Both the position numbers and the translations under genes were made by a program. A stretch of 62,944 nucleotides of DNA, filler included, from Pelomyxa schiedti (lineage: Eukaryota; Protista; Evosea), in the NCBI GenBank assembly GCA_020536535.1. It is 7 parts of 7 records of this genome, joined end to end, with 100 filler letters (N's around TTAATTAATTAA, not from the genome) between each part and the next. Parts side by side here need not be neighbours in the genome. Positions count along the whole stretch, not along the records: positions 1 to 1,050 come from JAHLWZ010002934.1; positions 1,151 to 16,080 come from JAHLWZ010000484.1; 5 more parts are not named here. One strand, 5' to 3'. A model generated the notes under the pieces. It was not told the origin of the DNA. It saw only the letters and a list, made by a program, of their open reading frames with translations, and did no database searches. Shown in pieces: positions 1 through 12,313 of this stretch. Each line of letters starts with the position of its first letter. Positions within the stretch are counted from its first letter, which is position 1.

Positions 1-41
1 TTGCGGCACCACGGAGGCTAGTCAACAGAAATGGCGAGAAC

Positions 42-1050
42 ATGTCAGCGGAGTGGCTCCCGACGCTGAGCGTCCAACCCGTCACCGACGCTCGCGCTCA
101 GTTCGTCGCCTTGGCATGTGGCATCTTCTTTGACCGCCGATGTGGCCCAGGCTGTGCCGTACAACTGCTGAGGGGATCTGTCGACGTTCTGGAGATGCTC
201 GGAAGGAGGTGGGTGGTATGTGCCGCCAGGCACGTTGTGGACCTAGTTGACAATGTCGTTCGTTACCAAGATGTGCTGTGGTCTGTGAGGTGTTGCGTGT
301 CCTTGGAGCTGTCACCGACACTTGGAGTTTTGAGCGGCGCGTGCTGGATCCCCCCAATGTGGAAGGGAATACATGGCATTCCAGGGAGCAGCAACTTTAT
401 TGTAAGCCTGCAAGGGCAAGAATGTGTCATGAACAACAAAGGTCGATTTGTGAGGACCCTACAACCACCAGAGATTTACGGCACATGGATTTGCAACTCC
501 AAATGGCTGGTGAACATCATCTCTCAGTATTTCACCCTGTGGAGAATTGAGAACGTGGGTGAACCCAAGAACCCTGGGGTGCGGTTGACAATGGGCGATT
601 TGCATTGCATTAGCAGTGGCTTTCCCCCTGGTGATGGAGATGAGTTGTGTGTGATTGTAAAGGAGCAGTCAAGCTACATATTATTTGTTGACTTGCCTGA
701 TAGTCTGGAACACGGCACAATTGAGATTGCAAAAAGGGTTCCCCTGCCATACTCCTCTGCATTTAACATGCTGTGGGTTTCCACAAATGAACTGCTCACA
801 CTACATTTCTTTGAGGAGCGCTTCATGGTGTACAACACTGTATCTCAAAGGGTGAAGATCTTTTCTTCAAGATACTCAGATTTAGACACGTACAGCTCCT
901 CACACCTGGTTGCCACCCTTGACAAAGATACGGAAAACAAACTGGGCATCAAACAAGAGGTGTTTTGTGCCTCCGACTTGGATACTCCCTGCAACTGTAT
1001 TACAGACACAACAGTGCAGTTGCAATCACCTGAAGGCACAGGAGTCTATT
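42..1050 (+). CDS. 'ARAQFVALACG' family protein, member 1 (3'-truncated by contig end)
   Basis: Intronless ORF sharing DARAQFVALACG, GRxWVV, SPTLGV, CNSKWLV, LWR and LFVDL motifs with the ORFs at 12313, 15332 and 39967. Confidence 0.75.
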
Positions 1051-1150
1051 NNNNNNNNNNNNNNNNNNNNNNNNNNNNNNNNNNNNNNNNNNNNTTAATT
1101 AATTAANNNNNNNNNNNNNNNNNNNNNNNNNNNNNNNNNNNNNNNNNNNN
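1051..1150. other. Artificial contig spacer (N-TTAATTAATTAA-N)
   Basis: All-frame stop linker inside Ns. The same spacer occurs at 16081-16180, 22297-22396, 48508-48607, 49647-49746 and 53234-53333. Confidence 0.95.
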
Positions 1151-2533
1151 CACTCAGCGGTGCCGCAAAGGCATAATTCTCTTTTGGATAATTGAAAATA
1201 AATTCATCCTGCACTTCAGTCATGTAAAATGGAGTGTGGTAAGCCTCCTTCACAGGCAACAGTTTAAATTGAGGTGGAGAAATGTTGCGAAGTTTTTCAA
1301 GAGAATCGGGGTGCCCTGTGTTTCAAGGTGAATGGATCTTCATCAGTTTCAAGGAGGAACAACACACCACAGACAACTGTCTGACTTGGTGCGAGGATGA
1401 TGGACGTGAAGAGTGGCTTTGTTGGGAATTCCGCGTTGACTTGAGAAATTCGTTTCTCCAGCACAGGGAGGGGGCCTTTTGCCAGGCACATCCACGACTT
1501 TGTCATGGCTTCTTTCCCCCACTGCTTGCTATGGTGCTCGAGGGCGCAAAGGGAGCTCCTGACAGCAAGGGTCATGAGTTCAACGCATATTTCTCGCATT
1601 TTATCCATTGAGTCTTCAACATGGTAAGAACATGTGAATACAAACACCCCACCGCACATATACATACACATAAGCATATAGCATAAACAAAAAAAAAAAA
1701 AATTGCAAAAACAAATTACACCCGCGTACCGGATTTTGAAATCACACAAGCTGGGCATAAACCAGCCGAGTAACCAAGTGCAACATCAAAAGATCGAGCG
1801 AAACGGCACAGCAGGTCATCGCACTCTCTTTTCAGGTCGTCGGCGCTCCTCCTCCCATAATTGTCGCAGTCGTTTCTGTCCAGGGTGGCGGTGGGGGGTC
1901 GGTTCAACGCGGTAGTTAGGAAGCAGGTGCACGAGTACAGGTAGATCATAGGAACCAGGATTGTGGGAAAGCAAAGTACATTGTTAGGAGGCCGCTGCTG
2001 CCGGTCAACTATCCTGTTGTTTGGTTTTTTTTTTTAAGAGAAAAATGAGAGATCTGCGTTCCATCGATTACCAAGAATAAAGGTCCAAGTCGGCGATTAG
2101 AGTCACACTGTTGTTGGGCCTGAAGAACGCGGCGGCCACGTCGACCTGGTCACACAGCCTGCCCAAAGCCGCGTCCTTGTTGCCGCGAGAACGAGTCGCA
2201 GACCCCCCTGACCCACGTGTCCACCGCCCCACGCCACCCGCTGGGCGTAGGCGTCGGCGACGGCGGGGGAGGCGGGGGTGCCGCAGGCGATGGCGAGTAC
2301 GAGTACGAGGAGGGGGCTGCTGCTGCTGCTCCTGCTCCGCCGCCGCACCCGCTGCTGCGGTGCTCGCACCAGAGGGCCACTTTATCGAGGAGCCAGGCGG
2401 AGATGTCTGGGTCATCGCCGAATCCGGAGAAGACAACGAGCTTCTTAGTCGTGGCTCTAGTCGTAGTTGCTGTGGATGGTGGCGAATTTATTGCCGTGGG
2501 AGGGGTGGTGCAGGAGTAGTAGTAGTGGCTCAT
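1151..2533 (-). CDS. Multi-exon hypothetical protein (3'-truncated)
   Basis: ATG at 2533 (MSHYYYSC...) and a Pro/Ser-rich exon. A plausible 37-nt GT-AG intron gives TW|DAALGRLCDQ. A further coding-like exon lies at ~1300-1640. Confidence 0.45.
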
Positions 2534-2920
2534 GTGTAAAATTTTGAATAAAATTAACTGATAGCCAATTGGAATCAACGAAACCAACAGCGAATCTCAG
2601 AAAGAGAATTTCTGATGTTCCGGCACTATTGGTGGGGGTAGATAGAATTAACAAAGGCATAAAGTGTTTGTGCCTTGCGTGCCAGTGTCAGGTGCACGCC
2701 TTTTTACCGGATTTGCTACAGTCAAAGGAAAAAAATTCCCTTCACAGAACCATCAATCATGTGCCGGGTCTGACTAGGTAGCAAGTTGGAGAATACCGCG
2801 AATATCGCACGTCGAATACTGTTTTTTTGGCCGAACATTCGTTTTTCGAATCCCATCCTGCATCCACGAAGCTTGGAGGTTCCCAACTTGCTCTTTTCTG
2901 TGTAACAAAATTGGGAGGTG

Positions 2921-4919
2921 ATGAACGCAGAACGACCCGGGAGCTTCCCCACAAGTGCAGTCCGCTGCCGCATCACCATAAACGTCGAGATCCCCGTCCC
3001 GGATCCGGCTCCGTTACTCGTATCTCAGTTCTCCTCTTACTCAACTTCGCTGCCCTCGTCGACGAATTGTGGGCCGCAAAACGACTACCCGGGGTGGGAC
3101 CCCACACGTAGTCCCATAATCCCTGACCACCAGCCGGGCGGAGTGACCACAACAGCAACAACAGGCTCGCACGTGCGGGCTTGCGTCTCCCGGTTCCTCA
3201 CAGACCTCGCCGAGGGCCGAGACGGCGCCAACTTGGTCCTTGTCGACGACGCAGGCGCAACGATCGGCGAGGACTCGGGCATCCAACTTGGCTCCGTCGT
3301 GCACTGCAGCTGCACGACATCGTCAACGAGAGTTGGTGGTGGAGGTGGAGGAGGAATTATGGGAGCGGGGCCTGATGGCAGGGGAAACACGGCGAACATG
3401 CCCCAACCTGCAGAGTGTGTTAAAACTAACCTCAAACTAAAACGCACTTAATATGCCATAATAACAATATGGAACTAAAACGTTCCCCAGAAGAGAACCG
3501 ACATTTAATGTAGTTCCACCGGCACAGACAAACCAAATCACAGCCGCCCAACAACCTCAACCCCAAAACATTTGGCAGGACCAGCCAACAGATCCGTCCA
3601 ATTTTTACAGTGCAGTCCAGCAAAATTTTCACCCACAAAATTCCCAAGATCCCAGATTCATCCCAACTCAGCCAGGCCTTGTTTCTTGGAACAACTTGGT
3701 GTCTCTCTTTGGTGCCTCTATTCACAAAATCCACTGTCAGATTATGGGACATACAAGTGGTAGGTAGCAGCCACTCTTCCTCATTTTTGTCTATCTGACT
3801 GACTGGGTATTTATTCACAAGGTACTATCTCCAGTCCCCAGAGTTATTTTGTCCCACGTGCGAATTTGTAAGTTTCTCCAACCAAACAACATACTCCTTT
3901 TTTTAACTCTTCTTCTTCTTCTTCCCCATTTTTGGGAGGCAGTGACAGGTTGAAATTCTATCTCACAATTGATAAGACAGCACAGAATCCGCAAGTTGAC
4001 GTGGTACTAAGGCAATCTTATTATTTTCTATCATTCTAACAACTCCTAGCATGTACTTGCGGACTGGTACCAGCCATGGTTCCATGGATTTTGTGACCAT
4101 GAGGAGGTTCAGACCCTGTTGAGGAGTCACACTGAACGGAACCGCCGGCCCTACTTCTTAGTCCGGTGCCCAATGAGGGTAACAGTCAACCGCTTCTACA
4201 ATCTATGTATCTACACTCCTGACCCACTGGTATTGTTTTATCTCCCACCCCGAATACACAAAAGTGCGACACCATCAAATTAACACGAAACATGAAACAC
4301 GAAACACAAAACACAAAAACAACACAACACAATACAATAACAATACAAAACAAAAACAGCACAAAACAAAACAAAACAAAACAAAACAAAACAAAACAAA
4401 ACAAAACAAAACAAAACAAAACAAAACAAAACAAAACAAAACACAACAAAACACAACAACAACAAAAGCGATAGCCAACAAGCATATGTCAAATAGGTAC
4501 ACCACGATATCTTCATCGCGCATCGGCGGCCAGGGGAGCTCCTCTACTTCATGACCGGCGACAACACGGCCAACAGCCACGTCGGCGACTGGTGCGGCTT
4601 CTACACCGTGCCCTCGTTCCCGACCTCCACGCCGGTCGAGCACATCGTCGCCGACTTCTCGCGGCACGCCGCCGGGCTGCGCCACTCCGCGTCGCTGTCC
4701 GACCACGTGGCGCACGTGCTGGGCAGCACGGAGTACCTGCGGGGAACCAGCCCCGCGTACCTGGAATGCCCTGCTTGCCCCCACTCGGGATCGCTGGGGC
4801 TGGGGCAGCTGGGATCAAGCGGCAGAGGAGTGAGCTTCCTGCCACCCCCGGGTACCTATCAATGCCTTCCACAGCCCAACAGCGGCTACACAAACATGGC
4901 CGACCAGAACAAACTCTGA
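2921..4919 (+). CDS. Multi-exon SH2-domain protein
   Basis: Exon 4050-4229 reads HVLADWYQPWFHGFCDHEEVQTLLRSHTERNRRPYFLVRCPMRVTVNRFYNLCIYTPDPL. It splices (GT 4230, AG 4496) to VHHDIFIAH...PVEHIVADFSRHAAGL. This gives the SH2 WFHG, FLVR and betaD-His motifs. Linkage to the 5' exons is inferred. Confidence 0.7.
4285..4466 (+). repeat. (AAAAC)n microsatellite inside the SH2-gene intron
   Basis: Pure AAAAC run at ~4363-4442 with degenerate flanks, within intron 4230-4496. Confidence 0.95.
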
Positions 4920-4944
4920 TGGAATGCAAAAAAAAAAAAAAAAG

Positions 4945-5016
4945 TTCCGATGCCGGGAATCGAACCCGGGGCCACTGAGTGAAAGTCAGAGATGTTGCCA
5001 ACTACACCACATCGGA
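4945..5016 (-). tRNA. tRNA-Glu (TTC)
   Basis: 72-nt cloverleaf: TCCGATG/CATCGGA acceptor stem, anticodon loop CTTTCAC, GGTTCGATTCC B box, followed by poly-T on the - strand. Confidence 0.93.
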
Positions 5017-5118
5017 TTTCACCAACTTCATCCTCTTGAGGACTTCTTTTGAACTTTGCCAAAGGGAGATTTGAGTACCATTTTGACACCACTGACAGAG
5101 GGATGATTCTCAAAGCAA

Positions 5119-5190
5119 TCCGATGTGGTGTAGTTGGCAACATCTCTGACTTTCACTCAGTGGCCCCGGGTTCGATTCCCGGCATCGGAA
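5119..5190 (+). tRNA. tRNA-Glu (TTC), identical divergent copy
   Basis: Exact reverse complement of 4945-5016, followed by a TTTTT Pol III terminator. Confidence 0.93.
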
Positions 5191-5455
5191 CTCTCTTTTT
5201 GAGTTCATTTTTCCTTTTTTTTTTTTTTACAGGGAGACAAGGATCAATGGAGGGTAGCGTCGAATTCCCACACACGCAGAGAATGATCCCAGTTGGCACA
5301 AAGAATTTTGTTGTCCAGAACTCTGCAGTAAGTTAGTAAGGCTTGAATTGAGGGAAGGAAGCGTGTTTTTGTTGTTGTTGCAAAGTAATTAATTAATGAG
5401 TAGCTATTGACTGCCATTTTGGATTGTTTATTATTATTTACTTATAAGTAGATAA

Positions 5456-8400
5456 CTAAATAACTAGATAAATAGAATTGGTTCCTCCGGCCCACCTGAG
5501 AGCGGTTATGCGGCTGCTGCTTCCTTTTGGGGTCTCCAATGAGTTTCGTTGAATGAACGATGACATGGTTGTTGTCTTGATTATGTTCGGTATGTTCGGG
5601 TCGCGGCCCCAAACAACGGCGTGGCCATCACCACCCCCTGTGACCACAAACCGGCCCATAAGCGGCGCAATGTGTGTAATTTCGTCGGAGTGTCCCGAAT
5701 CCAACGAAACGGGAGCACTCCCGCAAACGGAAGCTGTTGCCGAAGTCGACCATATCTGAGAATATTTGAATTTGGCTGAGTACGCGGCGGTACGGAGAAA
5801 AAAATGTACAAACTTTGAGAGTGGAATCAGAAGCAACGGAAAAGGCTTTCTCCTCTTTAACATTCCAGTAAATATCGTTCACTGGGCCATGATGATAGTC
5901 ATAAGTTGAAGAACGATTGGCCTCCAAGTCCCATTGTTTAATTCCCCCATCTGTATCCATTTTTATTGTTTGGTTGCTTTATTAAGAGGGAAGAAAGAAA
6001 AACGGACCATAGCTCCCTGTGAGGATCCTAGTTGATGGAGAAAGGTGTTTGGGATTGTTATTTGCATTGCTTGCCATGCATTTGATCCAGTCTTTGTGCC
6101 CTTTCAGTACAGCTTGCTCTGAGGCTTTTTTCAAATTCCACACTCTTAGTGTTGCAGTCAGCAGAGTGATCATATTTTTGGGATGCATACCGGATATCAG
6201 TATCTCTACTTCCAGATATGATGTGCTCACAATCACAAAGTACGCATGTGATTGCCCCAGAGTGAGTAGATAATTTCGTGATGGAATTTTTTATCCTGCA
6301 ATAACCATTCCATCAATTTTCCACTTTGACAAGAAAGTGCATCAACCTTTGATCCCATAAAACGACATGATTATCGTAAGAACCGGATACAATGAGATTA
6401 TGAGGTTCGTAGATGGAAATGCAAGAAATTGAACTCTAGTCCCTTTTGTAAGAAAAAAACAAGGATAGAAAATGAAACCTTGTGCCCTCTGAGTGACCGC
6501 AGTTTGTGCAGTCGAGAAGGATCCCAAACTTTAATTGTCTTGTCATAACTGCCACTGATAATACGAGAATTCAAAACATCCCACTCAAGGCAGTTCACCC
6601 ACCCTTGTAGCATGTTAAAAACAAAGCGGAAAAAAAAGGTGAAGATACTTGCCTGTGTGATCTGAAAGAGTTCCTTTGCAAGTGTGGCTTGCACAGTCCC
6701 ATAGTTTGATTGTCGAATCACAACTTGCAGTGGCAAATGTGTCCATATTATCATGACAAATAGCCAACACGGGGGCGTGATGACCTTCGATGTTATGCAC
6801 AATGCCACAGTTTCTCTCTTTTGTTGATTGTCTGAAAAACAAACTGGCGTTACATTTGAGAAAGCTAGAATTTTGTACATACACACTGTGGGTTGCAAAC
6901 CGCATGTTGGACGCAAAGCTGGAATATTTTTGAGTTGACTTGACTGCAGCAGGCTTTTTCAAAACTTTCTTAAACAACATATTGTGAGAGTGAAGGGAAT
7001 TTACCACGTTTGTGGGACCACCTTCAAAGGACTTCCACATTGCAACTACCCATTCGCGTTGCTTTCTATTGTCATCCAACTGACTCCAGCCAACTTCAAT
7101 GGAGTCAGACTCAAACTGGAAAGTGTGTTAGCACAAACACTCCCATTTCCGAGAGGAAACCTTTTCTTCAGAGGTTTTATAAAGAGATTCCTTTTGCAAT
7201 GCAGTAATAGCATCAATCTGCACTAATATTGGTTTTGGAGAAGTGTGGTGGGAGACGTCTATACAGAGTCATCGTTTAAATCCATTTTGGTCATATTTTG
7301 ACTGAGTTTATCCAAAATTGCTGTGTGTTCAGGATCCAGGCGTGACAGTACACACATTTTACTGATAAATCTGCGCATTATGACTGCAGCAACAGCCAGG
7401 TTGGTCATCTTAAAAGCTTTTCGACTAGACTGAGAAGAGAGTATATGGGGTTGATTGCTCACTGATATCACAGAGTATATTTACAAGTTGATCCTGTTCC
7501 TTGTTGATAAGAGAGACTTTTTGAGGAGGTGATTTAGTTTTCCAGTTATTCTGTTCCGTGGTAATGTCGCCATACAAACTCCGGCATAGACTAGACGCCT
7601 TTTCTGTGAATACAGTATTACTGCAAGGAGTTGTTATGGTAAAAAATAATACGAAGGAAATAGTGTTCCCAAAATCTAACGTTCTGCCACATGTCTAGAT
7701 TTCGTACTCTGGCGTAAACAAACTCCTCTGCACCATCCCTTATGTGGTGGTAGATGCAGATTACTTCCAGGAATAAAGAGAGTGTACCCTCTGTATCCTT
7801 TCTTGTAGTGTTAGTTTGTTAGAACAAGTAATAGATAATCCACACTCATTCACACCTGAGAGGAAGTAGTCTCTCGGAAATTTGTTTGAATTAAATCAAC
7901 AAGGAGAGAATAGGACTTGTCACACAAGCGACCAGGGGGTTTCTGGAATGGTTTAGTCTAGAAATTTCTTTCTTTTGTTTACAGTGCTGTGTTGTTGGCC
8001 AAGAAGCTGTATTGCAAAAGCTTGTCTTCCTTGAGGCTGTTTGAAAATCTCCTCTAGATGTGTGATCTCTGAGGAATCCATTAAGAGGATTGCTGTTACT
8101 ACTTTTGCTTACCTCCTTGGTCGATTGCTTCAGTATTGGCGGTAAACAGTGCATCTGTTAAATTTTTTATCATTCCAAGTTGTGATGCCGTAAGCTGTTG
8201 TTCACTGCTCACTGCAATTACGGCTTCCTGTGAGCCTCGTGCAGCAGCTGATGTAGTCTTATGGTGATGGCACTTTTGTGGAAACACAATATGTCTAAGT
8301 CTGCATTACATTATATACTAGACATACTTTGTATGATTCTGTCTCTGGTAAAGTCATGGGAACAAGCTCGAGCATTTCAATATGCAGAGGGAGTAAGGTC

Positions 8401-11366
8401 ACACCATGGCCTTCAACAAGGTGAGAGCGTTGAATAAAATACGGGAAGGGAACGTTTTTTCTTCAGCTTGATGTTGGGGAATCCATCGAACATGGCCGAA
8501 GTTGTGTGTCTTTCACTCTCAAAATCGGAAATTAACAGAGACAAACTCTCTGAAAACGAGGCTGTAGAGAGATCCGCGGAAAGTAAATCAGTGAAGGCAT
8601 TTTCTGGATTGGCATTTTGGTGTTCTAGGAATGAGTAGAAATTATGGGTATTGCACAGGCACTCAAAGAAGGCCTATCCGTACAGTAACTACAAGAGTTG
8701 AGGGGTAAGTGAAATTACTTACCTTGCAATCTGGACGCAAGTTTATAAAAATTGAGGTGCTAAAGGTGATAACCGGTTTCTCAAAAACTCTTATGAACTC
8801 AATGGCAGATTTGTAAAATCTTGGAGGGAAGTTCATTGACGTTAAGGAGCCAGAAAGGGTACCTGAGGATAGATACGAAGAACCTCAGGAAACACGTTCT
8901 CACCGCGGTAGCAAAGAGATGTGCAGATGATATATTGGCTGGTCCAGATATTGACGAAGATGAAGGTTCCCATGGGTCCACAGTAATTGTATCACACATT
9001 ACAACATCTGGCTGTACAACTCGCTTCAACTCTGCAAACATTTTATGAGTAAGGCTATATTCCCGCCTCACTTCCAATTACCTTCTTGCAACATAGAGTT
9101 CTCTGGTTCTGGAAACGCTGGAAGTTGTTGTGGGAATCGTGTGGTGGCAGTATCGAGATCAATGAGAACGACATCCTGAGTTGTTTTTTGTCAAGAGAGG
9201 AAACGATAAATGAGGAAATTTACAGCTGGAATGAAGCATTTATGCAACATATTCTTAGGTATTCCAAGTAAAAAGGGAGATGGCGTGTTGAATATCGACA
9301 CAATACTGTTTGGAACAAGGGGTATCAATGGATGGTGCCACGTAAATGGGTACAGAAGGGATGTTAAGACAGTACAAGCAGTATTTAGTAATTGACTGTG
9401 ACTGAAAGAATGTCATCAATGTGTCACTATAAAAAGATGGCATACGCAGAGCACAATACCACTCGCTCTTCAAGTAGCAAAGATTTGAAGATATTTAGAA
9501 CTACATCTACACCAAGACTTTGGAACAGAAGTTCAACAGAGACCTAAGTACAGAATTATAAAAGATGTACTGAGTGTTCGCACTTACATCTATAATAGGT
9601 AAACCTCCTTCTGGAGGCACATGAACAGCAGAAATGTCAAGGGTGGACTCAGATGGAAGGTTGTGGGAATCATCTGCTGGAGGCTCCAACAGAGGTGGAG
9701 AAAAGCATACATGCACGCATTGCCCTGGAACTACCACAGGTATTTTGGCAAGATTATTGAGAAACAGTTCCAGTGGAATGCGCCATTGCTGTATATATAG
9801 GGCATTGTACATCATTCTCAGCCATTTCCTTTGTTTTTTGTCAATTTAGTTGTGGATGATGCGTGGAAGGACTTACTGTTGGAAAGTAAAGAGTGGTTCA
9901 GACGCCCATAAGCCAAGACACCTGGGAGCATAAATATTAAGCTCATCTTCGGGCAGTGGCAGGTCTGGATGCCGTGAAAATCTTTTGGAAATGAGGAACA
10001 TCAGTGAAATTTAAGTGCATACACTTGCCATAGTGAATTCAAAGTTTCTTTCGAAAGCACTTCAAAATGTGTGATGTGTGTAATGTAGATCCTTGTGAGG
10101 GAAACATTGTTAATCGACTCAGTTTATCAAGAGATATAATAGGGATGTTACCTTCCACCATAGCGATCGGGGATAGAAAAGCTATGCATTGAAGGTGCTT
10201 GTGCCGACTTGTGTAAATGTAGCCCTGTAGGGAAGCAAAACTAAAAAAAAACAGTTGAGCAGCAGGAGTTTGATTGGGCGATTTACTTTCCACAGAAATG
10301 GTGGCAAATCAGCAGCTTCAGGATACGACGCTACAAGTTTTGCAGAAAAATCTACATTACAAATATCACCGAGGGTATCTCCTATGGAGAAATTAGATTT
10401 CCCCCAAAAAGGAAAAAAAATAAGAAAACCCTTCTCAGCAGAGGTCAGCAGCTCTTTGTGGAGGTCGGTGGGTTGAACAACAAAAAACACCGATATTGTC
10501 TAATAGTTTGAATTGAGTGAAAAGAAAATAAGGTCTCCTCTATACTTGGTGTCTGTGCTTCGGTTTTTTCACAGGCAGGAAAGACTGTAAAGAGGGGGTA
10601 CTGTGTCAATGTTAAATTCAAACTATAAGTCGAAGGCATAGAAATACCTCTTCAGTATTACTGGTACAGGCGGTAGTGGTTTCGTTGGGACATTTGGAGT
10701 CCCTTCAGCACCCTGTGGCCTCGCCTTGCTGGTTGCACTTGAAGCTTTCCCATCAACTGCAGCAGCAGAAGAATTAGTGTTTGTAGTTTGCTGGCTGGGT
10801 GCAGAATCTGCCTCAACTGGCTCACTATCAATGGCCACAACACAGGAGCTGTTGGACTTTCCACCAACAGCAATTGGTGTGGTTTCAATCACATTGGTTT
10901 GCTCACTACTACTGTTTATTACAGTGGTCTCAGCACCCAACTTAGAAACAGAATTTTTGGTCCCAGTCCCATAATCGCCACCCGCGTTGGTTGCCCCAAC
11001 ACCAACAACTCCCGGGGATGTTCCCATAACCGCGCCTTTGCTGTTAGGCTGAGGCGCCGAGGACTGGGGAGGGGGGCTATTCGCAGTTGCATTTGGTGAC
11101 GACTCCGCTGTAGTTGCGTCAGCGGGCGTCGGAGATTTGCAACTGACGGTGTTGCGACGGTGACGCGAGGAGGAGGAAGCAGACGTGGCGCCACCTCCGC
11201 CAACGGAATTGTGGGAGTGCCGCGACGACCGAGAAGACGAAGCGGGCGTGGGCTCTGGATTTGGGGCAGCCACAGCGGTTGCGGCCTTATCGCGATTATG
11301 GGAATGAGAGTGGTGACTGTGACTGCTCTTGCTCGTTGTAGTCGTAGTGCCTTCTGTTGTCGACAT
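5456..11366 (-). CDS. DENN-domain + C-terminal WD40 protein (putative Rab GEF, DENND3-like architecture), many exons
   Basis: DENN motifs: YAPRCLGLWASEPLF, LTSLLYPFTWHHPLIPLVP, TPSPFLLG, DVVLIDLD, VRTCFLRFFVSIL. WD40 repeats: GHHAPV..ATASCDSTIKLWD, ISGSYDKTIKVWD, GHKDWIKC, GHSDEIT..TGGGDGHAVVW. Ser/Thr-rich N-terminus from ATG 11366. Confidence 0.88.
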
Positions 11367-11409
11367 CGCTTCGTCTTCGTAGCGGTGGATTTTGTTCTTT
11401 TTGTTTTTG

Positions 11410-12313
11410 ATGGGCATCGGCCAAGCAACGAAACCGAAAAGCCGGACGGCCGATGCCGAGCGCAAGTGCATGGTGCTGATTATGGGACAGCAGGGTGTTG
11501 GAAAGACGTCTATTTTGCAGCAGTGGGCCGATGTAAGTGTGGTTGTTATCGTGCCATCTCGTACGATAACATAACTCCGGCTCAAGGTTGTGTCAATAGG
11601 GAAGGATAGACGAATTATGGGATCCCACCATAGAGGACGTGAGTTCGAATTCATTGCATTGCTTTGCGATTTTCCTGATATTCATCAGTTCGCAGGATCG
11701 GAAAAAAATGGTGGACGTGGATGGTACTGCCGTTAAAATGCATGGATTGGAGTACAGTTGCGTTTTGTCCTTTTTTTTAAATCCAGTAGTATCTTGAATA
11801 TGTTATAATTATCTTTACCCATTCGTTGACTTTGGGAAAAAGTACATTTTCCCTCCTCTCCTCCAATGCGTGACTGTGCAATCCATGTCGCAAATTCCTG
11901 TATCATTTTGTATTCAGTCACCAGCAGAGAGTCTTTTGAACACGTGGCAGACCTGAGGTATCACCACTACCAAGTGAGTGATTCTAAATCTCTTTTAGAA
12001 ACAGAGTCCTACAAATGAAGGCAGGGATGACTCCATGTTCCTTTCTGTTATGTGGAAACAAGGTAGACCTCACAACAGAACGGGTTGTAACCTGTGACAA
12101 TCCATGCACAATTCCAACTCATCTTTACCAGAGAGGTGTCGGCCAAAGAACAAATTAATGTGGATGCACCATTCCTTATCCTTGCTCAGCAGTTCCTCAA
12201 AACGTAAGGTTTAGAGTTTCATTTTATGCACCCCTTTAGTTCAAACGAGAGTCATTTGGGTTTCGTTTCCTTCTTTGAGATTCTTACCTTTTCTGAAATC
12301 AGAAATTCGGTGA
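11410..12313 (+). CDS. Ras-family small GTPase, multi-exon, divergent
   Basis: G1 GQQGVGKT, effector WDPTIED (11618-11638), MRDCAI..IILYSVTSRESFEHV, G4 GNKVDL, G5 EVSAK. The G3 exon and the 3' end are uncertain. Confidence 0.82.

Noticed and set aside
1095-1106. Recurrent TTAATTAATTAA motif (six times)
   Set aside because: Always embedded in Ns: an artificial contig linker. Gene neighbourhoods across these points are meaningless.
4186-4784. ORFs with FCFVL/TKQNK repeats (also CCVVL/HNTTQ at ~48950-49100)
   Set aside because: Translations of intronic microsatellites.
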